Made by a program: the position numbers and the translations under genes
The notes under the pieces: model-generated
Databases searched by the model: none
Seen by the model: the letters and a program-made list of their open reading frames with translations, nothing else
Told to the model about the DNA's origin: nothing
Source: Clostridia bacterium
GTDB taxonomy: Bacteria; Bacillota; Clostridia; Oscillospirales; CAG-272
Length of the DNA: 64,000 bases
NCBI GenBank assembly: GCA_024405755.1
Contig: JAKSOD010000001.1
Location: forward strand, 85,039-149,038
Direction of reading: 5' to 3'
Shown: positions 28,079 to 37,795 of the stretch, one piece after another
How the letters are laid out: each line of letters begins with the position of its first letter
Numbering within the stretch: the first letter of the stretch is position 1

Positions 28079-30301
28079 ATGCGTGAGGAAGTTTTTGATA
28101 TCGGAGGTATGCACTGCGCAGCTTGCTCTGCTGCGGTTGAACGCGTAACCCGAAAACTCCCCGGAGTTGAAGAGAGTTCCGTGAATCTGACTACCGAAAA
28201 ATTAACCATAAAATACGACGAGTCGCAGACTACCCGTGAAATGATCATAAAAAAAATTGAAAAAGCGGGATTCACGGCTGTCATACACGTTGACAAAAAA
28301 ACGAAAAGTGAATTATCGGGAAACGGAAAACTTGTCCGTCTTATCATTTCTTCCGGTTTTGCCGCATTGCTGCTTATTGTATCAATGGGACATATGCTTT
28401 TTCCTGATGTTCCTCTTCCGGATTTTATCTCTCCCCAAATTAATCCTTTGAACTTCGCGCTATTGCAGATGTTTCTCGCAATTCCCGTGATTATCCTCGG
28501 ATATGAGTTTTTCACTAACGGTATAGGATCTTTATTTCACGGGAATCCGAATATGAATACCCTTGTTGCGCTTAGTTCCGCCGCATCTTTCATTTACAGC
28601 ACAGTTATGACTTTTTTGATTGTCAGACGTCCTGAGTATGTTCATCAATTGTATTTTGAGTCTTCTGCGGTCGTTATTGCCCTTGTTTCGGTAGGAAAAT
28701 ACCTTGAAACCAAAAGCACCGAAATAACACGTTCGGCAATAACAAAACTTATGAAACTGTCGCCCGATACTGCCGTGCTTGTAACAGACGAAGGGAATCG
28801 TGAAATCAACACCGCTGACGTTAATACCGGTGATATTCTTCTTGTCAGAGCGGGGGAGCATATTCCGCTTGACGGAATAATTGAAAAAGGCACCGGAAGT
28901 GCTGATGAGGCTATGGTCACCGGCGAGAGTATGCCCATAGGCAAAGAAGCCGGGGATACTGTTATCGGAGGAAGTACGCTGATTGAGGGTGCAATCTGTA
29001 TCAGAGTTACCAAAACCGGGAACGACACGACACTTGCAAAAATAATTAAATTTGTTGAGGATGCGCAGGGGAAAAAGGCACCTATCTCAAAAACTGCTGA
29101 TAAAGTTGCGGGTGTGTTTGTGCCCATTGTTATTTGTATTTCAACTGTTTCGGCAGTCGTTTGGCTGATACTTGGGAAGGATATAACTTTTGCTTTGAGG
29201 ATTTTTACTTCCGTACTTGTTATTGCCTGCCCGTGTGCCATGGGTCTTGCGACACCGACTGCAATTATGGCGGGTACCGGACTTGGTGCTTCAAGAGGTA
29301 TACTTGTGAGAAGCGGTGAGGCACTTGAAATTCTTCACGGAGTAAATGTTGCGGTTTTTGACAAAACCGGAACTATTACGGAAGGAAAACCTTCACTCAC
29401 AGATATTTTTTGTGCCGAGGGTGTCGGAAGAACGGAACTTTACCGGATGCTTTATTCATTTGAAACCCTTTCCGAACATCCTATAGCCAAAGCTGTCTGT
29501 TCATCTCAGGAAGCAGCATATATAACGGATATTCCCGAAATAACCGATCTGCGCAGTATTGCAGGAAAAGGTCTTTTGGGAAATTATGAAGGAAATTGTG
29601 TAGCTGTCGGAAATGAAGCACTTCTTAAAGAAATAAATGCAGATTCAACAAAAATGTCAGATAAGGCGCGGCAATTCCGTGAAGAAGGAAAGACCGTGGT
29701 TTATATTTCACGGGACGGTGAGGTGATCGGACTTGCCGCCGTTGCCGATTCGATCCGCGAAGGCGTCTTTGATATGATCGGACAACTGAAAAAACATGGG
29801 ATAACCCCTGTACTTCTTACAGGAGACAACGCTGCCGTTGCCGGAAGAATTGCCGCTGAAGCCGGGATTGAAGAAGTGATTGCCGAGGTCCTGCCGGATG
29901 AGAAGGCAAATGTGGTATCTGAACGAAAAAAAACAGGAACTATTGTTATGATGGTTGGCGACGGAATAAACGACGCGCCTGCTCTTGCAGAGGCTGATAT
30001 TGGAATTGCCGTCGGAAACGGAAGTGATATTGCGATCGATTCGGCTGATATAGTTCTGATGCGAAACGATGCCGAGGATGTTTTCCGTGCAATAAAACTC
30101 GGTAAACTGACTATCAGAAATATCAAACAGAATCTTTTCTGGGCATTTTGTTATAACGTGATAGCTATTCCGGTTGCCGCGGGTGTACTTTATCCCGCAT
30201 TCGGACTATTGTTGACACCAATGATAGGAGGACTTGCAATGAGTCTCAGTTCATTGTTTGTTGTTACGAACGCCCTGCGTCTCGGAAGATTGAAACTATG
30301 A
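28079..30301 (+). CDS. copA: Copper-translocating P1B-type ATPase
   Basis: N-terminal HMA GMHCAACSAAVE, the CPC motif (ACPCAMGLATP), DKTGT and GDGINDAP. ATG 28079 has GGAGGAG 6 nt upstream; the ORF-track start is 28064. Confidence 0.9.
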   Translation: MREEVFDIGGMHCAACSAAVERVTRKLPGVEESSVNLTTEKLTIKYDESQTTREMIIKKIEKAGFTAVIHVDKKTKSELSGNGKLVRLIISSGFAALLLIVSMGHMLFPDVPLPDFISPQINPLNFALLQMFLAIPVIILGYEFFTNGIGSLFHGNPNMNTLVALSSAASFIYSTVMTFLIVRRPEYVHQLYFESSAVVIALVSVGKYLETKSTEITRSAITKLMKLSPDTAVLVTDEGNREINTADVNTGDILLVRAGEHIPLDGIIEKGTGSADEAMVTGESMPIGKEAGDTVIGGSTLIEGAICIRVTKTGNDTTLAKIIKFVEDAQGKKAPISKTADKVAGVFVPIVICISTVSAVVWLILGKDITFALRIFTSVLVIACPCAMGLATPTAIMAGTGLGASRGILVRSGEALEILHGVNVAVFDKTGTITEGKPSLTDIFCAEGVGRTELYRMLYSFETLSEHPIAKAVCSSQEAAYITDIPEITDLRSIAGKGLLGNYEGNCVAVGNEALLKEINADSTKMSDKARQFREEGKTVVYISRDGEVIGLAAVADSIREGVFDMIGQLKKHGITPVLLTGDNAAVAGRIAAEAGIEEVIAEVLPDEKANVVSERKKTGTIVMMVGDGINDAPALAEADIGIAVGNGSDIAIDSADIVLMRNDAEDVFRAIKLGKLTIRNIKQNLFWAFCYNVIAIPVAAGVLYPAFGLLLTPMIGGLAMSLSSLFVVTNALRLGRLKL

Positions 30302-30324
30302 TATCAATTTGAAGGAGAAATCCA

Positions 30325-30507
30325 ATGAGAATACTCAACGTACCTGATATGCATTGTATGCACTGTGTCAAAAGGATTCAAGATGCTCTTAAAGCAGAGC
30401 ATATTGATGCGAATATTGATCTTGTCTCCAAAACCGTCACCGTATTTGACGAAAAAGCCGAAACCGTTATCGGTATTCTTGACGATCTCGGATTCGACGC
30501 GGAATAA
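30325..30507 (+). CDS. copZ: Heavy-metal-associated (CopZ-like) domain protein
   Basis: 60 aa with ferredoxin-like HMA layout. The metal site reads MHCMHC. Confidence 0.7.
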   Translation: MRILNVPDMHCMHCVKRIQDALKAEHIDANIDLVSKTVTVFDEKAETVIGILDDLGFDAE

Positions 30508-30520
30508 ATCCGCATTTCTG

Positions 30521-30550
30521 CGGTATGCCGTGAATCACGGCATACCGTTT
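30521..30550 (+). terminator. Terminator after copZ
   Basis: 12-bp stem CGGTATGCCGTG / CACGGCATACCG with a 3-nt loop, then TTT. Confidence 0.55.
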
Positions 30551-30581
30551 CCATGTTGATTAAAATTGATTGGAAAATGAT

Positions 30582-32501
30582 ATGAATATAGAAAAATATC
30601 CGATACTGTCAACGGTCGACGATCCATCCGACCTGCGTCGGCTCAATGATAAGGATACAGATACACTTGCTGATGAAATCCGAAATTTCCTTGTGGATAA
30701 CGTAAGTCGGACAGGGGGACACCTTGCGTCAAATCTCGGGGTTGTGGAGTTGACACTTGCCCTTCATAGAGTATTAGAAACACCGAAAGATAAGATAATC
30801 TGGGATGTCGGTCACCAATGTTACGTACATAAACTGATTACCGGACGCCGTGATTGTTTTGATACTCTTCGAAAACCTGGAGGTCTTTCCGGATTTACAA
30901 AAAGAAGTGAAAGTGAATATGATCCTTTTGGTGCAGGACACAGTTCCACGTCAGTATCTGCGGCACTCGGAATTGCTGAAGCAGAACGCCTGCGCGGAGG
31001 GGATGCATATACGGTTGCCGTTGTCGGAGACGGAGCTTTTACGGGCGGCATGATACATGAAGCACTAAATAACTGCGACGAAAACAGAGGACTTCGGCTG
31101 ATAATCATTATTAATGAAAACGAAATGTCTATTTCAAAAAATACAGGACGTTTCGCTAACAGTATCTCGAAGATACGTACCCGTCCGAGTTATTTCAGAA
31201 CAAAAGCGGCAACAAGGGGATTTCTTTCAAAAATCCCCCTGTTCGGTAAACCGCTCGTTTCCGGCATTACAAAAACAAAAAAATCACTTAAAAACCTTCT
31301 TTACGGATCAAATTATTTTGAGGATCTCGGACTGTATTATATAGGACCAATAGACGGTAATGACCGTGTAATGGTCGAAAACATGCTTCGGGAAGCAAAA
31401 AAATGCAACGACAGCGTTGTACTTCACGTGAAAACCGTGAAGGGAAAAGGCTATGCTCCTGCGGAAAAGACTCCCGATGCATTTCATGCTGTACCGCCTG
31501 CCGGTTCAGTCGGGCGAAATGGATTTTCTTCTGAATTCGGTAAGTATCTCTGCAAGTCCGCAGTGGAAGATAAAAGGATTTGCGCGATAACCGCTGCAAT
31601 GGGGCGCGGGACCGGTCTTCTTGATTTTCAGAACAAGTTTCCCGAAAGATTCTTTGACGTAGGTATTGCCGAGGAACATGCAGTGACCTTTGCTGCTGGA
31701 CTCGCGTCAAATGGAATGCGACCGGTGTGTGCAATATATTCCACTTTTTTGCAGCGTTCTTACGACAGTCTGATTCATGACGTTTCACTTCAAAACCTTC
31801 CTGTATTGTTTGCCATAGACCGTGCAGGTCTGAATTCATCTGACGGTGCTACACATCACGGAATTTTCGACGTAGCGTTTTTATCGGAAATTCCCGATAT
31901 GGCAATTTATACTCCCGCAACATACGCGGCAATGACAAGTGCCTTTGACGAAGCAAGAAGACTTGAAGTTCCCGCAGCTGTGAGATATCCGAATGCTGCC
32001 GAGGATCCACGGGTCATAGACGCATTTTACGGGAACGTTCTTCCTCTGAAACCCGGTGTGCGTTTATTCGGCCTTGAAGATCCCGGACATACAGATGCCG
32101 TTATTTTCGTACATGGCCGGATGGCTGCAACTGCTCTTGATGTAAAGGATGAACTGAGAAAGCGCGGCATACGGTGCGGGATTGTACTCTGTGAATATAT
32201 TAAGCCGTACCGGAAACTTGCCGAAGAAGTCAAAGCACTGTTTGATAGTCTGAATGGGGATTCTTTGGTCGTTTTCCTTGAAGAAGAAATCCGTTCCGGC
32301 GGATTCGGTATGAATCTTTCGGACGTTCTCGTTCAGCGCGGCTTGCTTTCATCTGATCGTCTTGAAATAATTGCTACTGATGATGATTTTGTTATACCGA
32401 CGTACGGAAAAACTGTTTTTGAAGCCGCCGGTATCGATAAAGACTCGGTTGCCGCAAAAATCACCTCACGCGTAAGTATGTCTTCCGAAGTTAAATTGTA
32501 A
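30582..32501 (+). CDS. dxs: 1-deoxy-D-xylulose-5-phosphate synthase
   Basis: GGHLASNLGVVELTLALH, GDGAFTGGM (ThDP motif) and DRAGL..DGATHHG. An alternative TTG start lies at 30570. Confidence 0.9.
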   Translation: MNIEKYPILSTVDDPSDLRRLNDKDTDTLADEIRNFLVDNVSRTGGHLASNLGVVELTLALHRVLETPKDKIIWDVGHQCYVHKLITGRRDCFDTLRKPGGLSGFTKRSESEYDPFGAGHSSTSVSAALGIAEAERLRGGDAYTVAVVGDGAFTGGMIHEALNNCDENRGLRLIIIINENEMSISKNTGRFANSISKIRTRPSYFRTKAATRGFLSKIPLFGKPLVSGITKTKKSLKNLLYGSNYFEDLGLYYIGPIDGNDRVMVENMLREAKKCNDSVVLHVKTVKGKGYAPAEKTPDAFHAVPPAGSVGRNGFSSEFGKYLCKSAVEDKRICAITAAMGRGTGLLDFQNKFPERFFDVGIAEEHAVTFAAGLASNGMRPVCAIYSTFLQRSYDSLIHDVSLQNLPVLFAIDRAGLNSSDGATHHGIFDVAFLSEIPDMAIYTPATYAAMTSAFDEARRLEVPAAVRYPNAAEDPRVIDAFYGNVLPLKPGVRLFGLEDPGHTDAVIFVHGRMAATALDVKDELRKRGIRCGIVLCEYIKPYRKLAEEVKALFDSLNGDSLVVFLEEEIRSGGFGMNLSDVLVQRGLLSSDRLEIIATDDDFVIPTYGKTVFEAAGIDKDSVAAKITSRVSMSSEVKL

Positions 32502-32514
32502 AAAAACACTGCCG
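32501..32514. repeat. Left arm of a split inverted repeat flanking the accessory segment
   Basis: AAAAAACACTGCCG starts on the last base of the dxs stop codon. Its exact reverse complement is at 38939-38952. Confidence 0.7.
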
Positions 32515-32794
32515 AAATATGCCGCGTGGTGATTTGGATGTGGTTCCCAATAATCATTACCTTAGCATTGCAATGGGAAACGGATAACGCTTGGAAAGGC
32601 AGAAATGCTTTTCTGAGCGTTTTTTCTTATCTGATAATCGGCACATTATATTTGTCTGCTTGTTTCCCCGATAATTTATGGGGAATTATAAAGGATGTCG
32701 AAAGACTAGGAAACGAGGCAGAAATACTTATACTTGGATGACTTTGAAAACCGGGTATTTGTCTGGTGACTTATCATAACCGGTACTCAGCAGC

Positions 32795-32821
32795 CGGCAG
32801 AAAGCCATGCTGCCGTTTTTT
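32795..32821 (+). terminator. Intrinsic terminator candidate in the dxs-regulator spacer
   Basis: Stem CGGCAG / CTGCCG with a 9-nt loop, followed by T6. Confidence 0.5.
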
Positions 32822-32840
32822 CTAACTTTATCAAAACCTA

Positions 32841-32869
32841 TTGAAAATCCAGGTCTATTCGTATATAAT
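32841..32869 (+). promoter_or_regulatory. Sigma-A type promoter candidate for the membrane-tethered LuxR-type regulator
   Basis: TTGAAA, 17 nt, TATAAT. Confidence 0.55.
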
Positions 32870-32927
32870 ATAGTATGTTCTTATGTTCTTTTACGAAAAA
32901 GAAAAAGAGACATTCAGGAGTGATAAG

Positions 32928-34817
32928 ATGAAGCACAACTTATATAAAATGTTCACAAAAACGCTGATACTGCTTGGGGTTCTCAGCATACAGTTGATTG
33001 GTACGCCGACAGCTATAGCTGCAGAATCTTCATTGATTACATCTGTGGATGAACTTACGGATGCGCTGATGAACTCAAACGACGGCGACACGATTCTCGT
33101 AGGAGATATTACATTTAAGCCGATGCCTATGGGGATGATCGTTGTCCCGAAAAATGTAACCATAAAAAGCGGCAAGCAAACTAATGCAGTTTTTACAAAT
33201 GCCACGTTCGCTCTTAACGGTACCACAACGGATTCATCTCCCCTGACTGTAAGATTTGAAAATGTTGATTTCCGCGGAGATCAGTCAGGTATACCCATAG
33301 ACCTGAATGCGCCTCCCACAATAAGCTCGGAAATGCCCGGCATTTTGAAAACAATGTGTGCGGCGATCTTCAAAATGAATGTCAATGCCACATATATCGG
33401 CTGTTCATTTGAAGGTTATCATTACAGCTACGGCGGAGTTTTTAACGCCATTTATTCCTCTGATGACAACAAGAATGCGCTGAATCTTACCTTGATCGAT
33501 TGTTCTTTTCGTAATAACGCATCAAAATTCGGAGGCAGCATCTATTTATCCGGATACAACCACAATGTCAGTTTAGACGCCCGCCGCTGCTCTTTTGATG
33601 CTAACGCCGCCGCGACCGGCGGAGCCATTTGGGCACGGGAATCCAATATTCATCTGCTTGACTGCTCTTTGATCGGTAACGGGTATCTGAATGCCGAAGT
33701 AAATTCGCCCAACGGCGGTGCATTGGCGTTATATAACTGCGGTGTGGATCTTGACGGATGCCTGATTGCGGGTAACACTTCCGGTGGCGACGGAGCCGGC
33801 GTTTTCTGCGAAATCTCGCCCTTCAAGACTTTGATTATGGAAAATTGCACGGTGATCGGCAATACCGCCGCAGAGGATGAAGGCATTTCAGTTGCGCTTG
33901 CCAAAACAAATTTTGATACGGCAGCCGCGGCACACATTTATTTTTCATCGCTCTTCGGGAAACAGAATTTTGCCGGCAATGTGGAATTGTCCGGCTGCCT
34001 GCTTGTTGACAAGAATATCTCAGAAAGTGAACCGAACGAAGAGAATGGATATTGTTTGGAACTGATACCGGAAAGTGCGCAGGAGAAAGGACTGATCCCG
34101 GCAACACCGGAACACGTATCTCTCCCGAAAGATGAATACCCGATCCCGAAAGAAGTGACTGACAGAATTGCCGGCGGAAAATTCGCAGACAGTCTGGGAA
34201 AATTGCAAGTCGGTGATAATTACGAAAAAGAAGCCAACATTGAAATAGAAGATACCCCGGGACACACGGAAGCCGTAACTCTCCGATACGGGGATAGAAT
34301 TGTACTTGAGTCTCCAGAAAGAAAAGGTTATTCCTTTGAGGGATGGGAATATCCCAAAGGAACACCTATTGAAAGCGGGAAAGTTTTCATTGGCGGTGAA
34401 CTGCCCGAAGGGAAAGTAACGGCTCGATGGAACTTCGTTCTCTCGGAAAATCTTTATGTGATATGGGTGCCGATCCTTGTGATCGCCGCCGCAGGTCTGC
34501 TTGCTTTCGTCCTGATCCGGAGAAAAAAGAAAGCAGTCCCTGATGTCGTCCCAGCGGTGGAAAATGCGGCGGAGGAAGCCTTGACTCTGCCGGATGATTG
34601 GATAGACCGGGTGTGCGAAAAGCCGGAAATCACCGGGCTGATTTCCAAGCGTGAGATGGAAGTCCTGCAAAAACTGCTGGAAGGCAAAAGCAGAAAACAG
34701 ATCGCAGAGGAACTGTTTGTCACAGAATCAACGATAAAAAAGCACTCTGCAAGCATTTATTCCAAACTGGACGTACACAACAGGACGGAGTTGATTTACA
34801 AGCTGACCAAACAATAA
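32928..34817 (+). CDS. Single-pass membrane protein: extracellular beta-helix (Pmp-type repeats) plus Listeria-Bacteroides-type repeat, TM helix, cytoplasmic LuxR/GerE HTH
   Basis: ATG 32928 has AGGAG 8 nt upstream. Signal peptide ..LIGTPTAIAAES. FxxN..GGA[IL] units (FRNNASKFGGSIY, FDANAAATGGAIW, NGGALALYN). GYSFEGW repeat. TM helix LYVIWVPILVIAAAGLLAFVLI followed by RRKKK. C-terminal REMEVLQKLLEGKSRKQIAEELFVTESTIKKHSASIYSKLDV. Confidence 0.75.
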   Translation: MKHNLYKMFTKTLILLGVLSIQLIGTPTAIAAESSLITSVDELTDALMNSNDGDTILVGDITFKPMPMGMIVVPKNVTIKSGKQTNAVFTNATFALNGTTTDSSPLTVRFENVDFRGDQSGIPIDLNAPPTISSEMPGILKTMCAAIFKMNVNATYIGCSFEGYHYSYGGVFNAIYSSDDNKNALNLTLIDCSFRNNASKFGGSIYLSGYNHNVSLDARRCSFDANAAATGGAIWARESNIHLLDCSLIGNGYLNAEVNSPNGGALALYNCGVDLDGCLIAGNTSGGDGAGVFCEISPFKTLIMENCTVIGNTAAEDEGISVALAKTNFDTAAAAHIYFSSLFGKQNFAGNVELSGCLLVDKNISESEPNEENGYCLELIPESAQEKGLIPATPEHVSLPKDEYPIPKEVTDRIAGGKFADSLGKLQVGDNYEKEANIEIEDTPGHTEAVTLRYGDRIVLESPERKGYSFEGWEYPKGTPIESGKVFIGGELPEGKVTARWNFVLSENLYVIWVPILVIAAAGLLAFVLIRRKKKAVPDVVPAVENAAEEALTLPDDWIDRVCEKPEITGLISKREMEVLQKLLEGKSRKQIAEELFVTESTIKKHSASIYSKLDVHNRTELIYKLTKQ

Positions 34818-34843
34818 TATACGACGATTGACCTTTTCTTGCA

Positions 34844-34870
34844 CAAAACAGAAAAAGTAGACCTGTTTTG
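34844..34870 (+). terminator. Terminator after the LuxR-type gene
   Basis: 8-bp stem CAAAACAG / CTGTTTTG with an 11-nt loop. The T-rich 3' arm runs into TTC. Confidence 0.5.
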
Positions 34871-34876
34871 TTCAAA

Positions 34877-34921
34877 GGTAGCCTTTTTTCCACTACCATT
34901 TTTACAAAAGATCTGTATAAT
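34877..34921 (+). promoter_or_regulatory. Inverted repeat overlapping a weak -35, plus TATAAT: candidate activator-dependent promoter of the six-gene operon
   Basis: GGTAG-N11-CTACC at 34877-34897. TATAAT at 34916-34921. The hexamer at the -35 position is CTACCA, a poor match. Confidence 0.35.
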
Positions 34922-34970
34922 ATTAATTGTAATCACCAAGGAACAGTGCGTTCGGAAAGGAGGTACAACG

Positions 34971-35393
34971 GTGCTGGATGCAGTAACGAAGAAATACATC
35001 GATGCTTCCACGGAAGAACAGTATAACTTCTCTTTTTTCTGTGACTGCTGCGGCAAGGTCGTCAGCACCACGAAACTCGCATTTCGTCCGGGATTTGAGA
35101 AAAAGCTGTTTCTGTCCCGGGCAGAGCAAAGAGCACGGGAGCTCGTTTGGCGGCAGGATCACGATTCCGCTTATGAACGGGCAAATGTCGAAGCTCTGAA
35201 GAAGCTGAACCGCTGCGTGATATGCGGTGCGGCGATCTGCAATGATTGTACGGTTGAATGTGAAGAAACGGACGGAAAAACCGTATGTGTCAAATGCGCA
35301 AAGGAACATCACTACAAGGGTATCATCTGGAACGACAATGACGAAACCGTACGGGTCGATTTCAGTTCAGAACAGGAAAAGAACGGTGCATAA
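34971..35393 (+). CDS. Cys-rich (probable double zinc-ribbon) cytoplasmic protein, uncharacterised
   Basis: GTG 34971 follows GGAAAGGAGG (34954-34963). Four Cys pairs: CDCC, CVIC, CNDC and CVKC. 140 aa. No family recognised. Confidence 0.6.
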   Translation: MLDAVTKKYIDASTEEQYNFSFFCDCCGKVVSTTKLAFRPGFEKKLFLSRAEQRARELVWRQDHDSAYERANVEALKKLNRCVICGAAICNDCTVECEETDGKTVCVKCAKEHHYKGIIWNDNDETVRVDFSSEQEKNGA

Positions 35394-35417
35394 TTGCACC
35401 TGATCGGAGGTAAACAA

Positions 35418-36041
35418 ATGAGTTTTTTGAAAAACATTATTCGCAACGCCATCGGAGACGGCGTCAGCAAAGGTATTCGTGACGCGGTAAGTTCCGCAGC
35501 GGAAAAGATCGTTGCTCCGAAAGCTGAAGAGTATGCAAACAAAGTGGCAGATTCTCTTGATAACGCTGCCGGAGAAGTGAACGCAGCGACTGCTGCAAGT
35601 GCAGACGAAAAGAAAAGCGGCTTTTCCTCTTTGGAGGAATCTCTGAACAGACTGTCCCGGTCCGCGGAAAAGTATGCCGCAACGCTGGAAAAGGCGGCCG
35701 CTACGCAGGAGGACCTGAACAAGATGTGGAACGAGAAAATTCCCGACTTCCCCGTGTGGTGCTTCGGCGGTACGGATTTTTGGTTTGATGATAACAGTAA
35801 TGACAGCGGCACCTACTATGTATTCAATGCGGATAATGCCCCGCAGGAGGGTTTGGAACTGTATATTGCTCTGCTTAAGCAGAACGGCTTTGTGCGAAAA
35901 TATGCCTCTGCCGATGAAGTTCTTTATAAAGATCTGGGCGGCGAATATCTGCTGTTCGGCTGTACCGATGCTTTCGGCACTGCTCCCGTGATGTCTGTCT
36001 ATATGGGCCGCACGAAAGACAGAAGCGAAATTGAATGTTAA
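35418..36041 (+). CDS. Hypothetical protein (helical Ala/Lys/Glu-rich N-terminal part, globular C-terminal part)
   Basis: ATG 35418 follows GGAGG. 207 aa. No family recognised. Confidence 0.6.
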   Translation: MSFLKNIIRNAIGDGVSKGIRDAVSSAAEKIVAPKAEEYANKVADSLDNAAGEVNAATAASADEKKSGFSSLEESLNRLSRSAEKYAATLEKAAATQEDLNKMWNEKIPDFPVWCFGGTDFWFDDNSNDSGTYYVFNADNAPQEGLELYIALLKQNGFVRKYASADEVLYKDLGGEYLLFGCTDAFGTAPVMSVYMGRTKDRSEIEC

Positions 36042-36057
36042 GAGGACATAATCATCT

Positions 36058-37020
36058 ATGAAAAAGTTTTTTGCAATTATGTTGGCTTTGACTATGCTGC
36101 TTGCTTTTGCGGCTTGCGAAAAAAAGCCGGCTGATACTCCCGAAAGTTCTTCGGAGTCCGGTAATAATCAGAGTCAGTCAACGCCCGGCGACAGTACTGC
36201 TCCCGAGGGCGCGATGTCCGATAAAACCGAGCTGGGCAAAGCCATCGCTTACAGAGTCGACAGCGAAGGACACGTTGTTATCTCCGTCAAGACGTCTGCT
36301 TATATCAAGAACGGCTCCGGCTGGCTCGGCATCTGCCCCATGGGCGTTTACCTGACGGAAGAAGCCGCCGACGCTGCCGATGTTTACTATGAGCATTTTG
36401 ATCCGAATTACGATAAGGAATGGTTTGACGGCATCTACACTTTCGTACTGAAAAACGATAGTATCGATCCGGCAACCTATACGATGGTTCTGTGCGATGA
36501 CGACGATTCCGGCAGCGTGATCGGCGAATGGATCTTTAACAAGACTAAGAGCGGAAGCATCGAGATCGGCTTTGACAACTCGTGGCTGAAGGGTGCAGGC
36601 GAAGGCAGACCCGTGAAGAAGTTTGACAGCTTGAAAGACGAGGTCGCATCCTGGTTCACGTTCAACGAGCTCGATGACGAATGGTCCGAATTCTTCTTTG
36701 ACGGGTACTATCTTGAAGAGGTTGACCCGTATGGATATGACAAATATCATCTGTTTGTCTGCCCTGAAGGCGACTATTCAACGTTTGACGAGGCAATGGA
36801 AGCGCACGTCGGCGATTATTCAGGCTTCGTGGAAAAATGTCCTTATAAGTTCTCAATCGATCACAGCAATATCGGGAAGGGCAAATACACGATGGTGCTT
36901 GCGAGAATGGGCGGCAATGTCGAAGTGCAGTTTACTGCCGAAAAGAAGAGTCCTACCGATTGGAAAATGGACTTCTCAAATGCCAAGTGCCCCAAGCTTG
37001 AAAGCAAATATGTAAAATAA
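36058..37020 (+). CDS. Hypothetical lipoprotein with two internally similar halves
   Basis: MKKFFAIMLALTMLLAFAAC lipobox and a Ser-rich linker. The two halves end in ..ATYTMVLCDDD.. and ..GKYTMVLARMG.. Confidence 0.65.
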   Translation: MKKFFAIMLALTMLLAFAACEKKPADTPESSSESGNNQSQSTPGDSTAPEGAMSDKTELGKAIAYRVDSEGHVVISVKTSAYIKNGSGWLGICPMGVYLTEEAADAADVYYEHFDPNYDKEWFDGIYTFVLKNDSIDPATYTMVLCDDDDSGSVIGEWIFNKTKSGSIEIGFDNSWLKGAGEGRPVKKFDSLKDEVASWFTFNELDDEWSEFFFDGYYLEEVDPYGYDKYHLFVCPEGDYSTFDEAMEAHVGDYSGFVEKCPYKFSIDHSNIGKGKYTMVLARMGGNVEVQFTAEKKSPTDWKMDFSNAKCPKLESKYVK

Positions 37021-37055
37021 TCTCGTCACAAAATTTTGATAAGGAGACAGAAAAA

Positions 37056-37781
37056 ATGAAAAAGTTTATTGCACTTGCACTTGCCGCTTTGATAGTATTC
37101 GCGCTTGCCGCCTGCGGCGGTAAAACCGATCCCAATACGTCGGACAGCACAGTATCTTCCGCGGATACCGAAGACACGTCGTTTCCGGAGGGAGACCCTG
37201 CGGAATATGGCCGTGAGTATTGGGAAGCAAAATATCCGGGTGAGAATATCTGTCCGTTCTATATCGAGGAAAACGGTGTGGAACGCAGTTATTACTGGAT
37301 TTCCGGCCTTGACGGTTGGAACGGCACGATGGCAAGTTGGATCAATCAACCCTTTAACTGGAACGGCTGGCACAAGACAGCGGACGGCTGTATCGTGAAC
37401 AAGGACGAGACCTTGAAGATCACCGACAACTGGGCAAACGGTGACGAATCCATGTCCAGCTACTGCACGGTAACGACCGAAAAGTATGATAAAGACAGCA
37501 CCGGTAATCAGAATACGGAAGTGAGTGAAGACTGGACGTTTACAGATTATGCCAAGCCCGAAAACTGCGAGATCGGCGAGATTGAAGACTGGGGATCCTT
37601 TGCAAAGGTCTATGTTACGTGGGATAGCAAGGATGCCGCAAAGGCATATAAAGAAGCACTTGCGCTTAGCGGCGGAACCACAGCCGACATAGACGGTGCT
37701 TTTGAGTATAATAGCAGTAAAGTGATGATTTCATATTCCGAAACAAACTCTCTCGCAAACTTTGTTATCATTTATAAATAA
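37056..37781 (+). CDS. Hypothetical lipoprotein
   Basis: MKKFIALALAALIVFALAAC lipobox and a Ser/Thr/Asp linker. GGAGA lies upstream. Confidence 0.65.
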   Translation: MKKFIALALAALIVFALAACGGKTDPNTSDSTVSSADTEDTSFPEGDPAEYGREYWEAKYPGENICPFYIEENGVERSYYWISGLDGWNGTMASWINQPFNWNGWHKTADGCIVNKDETLKITDNWANGDESMSSYCTVTTEKYDKDSTGNQNTEVSEDWTFTDYAKPENCEIGEIEDWGSFAKVYVTWDSKDAAKAYKEALALSGGTTADIDGAFEYNSSKVMISYSETNSLANFVIIYK

Positions 37782-37795
37782 TAGGAGGCACAGTT

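Noticed and set aside
32526-32741. A 71-aa ORF with two hydrophobic stretches lies just after dxs.
   Set aside because: It has a GTG/ATG start without a Shine-Dalgarno sequence and runs through a hairpin plus T-run (about 32600-32628). It may be a gene remnant at the edge of the accessory segment. It is not supportable as a CDS.
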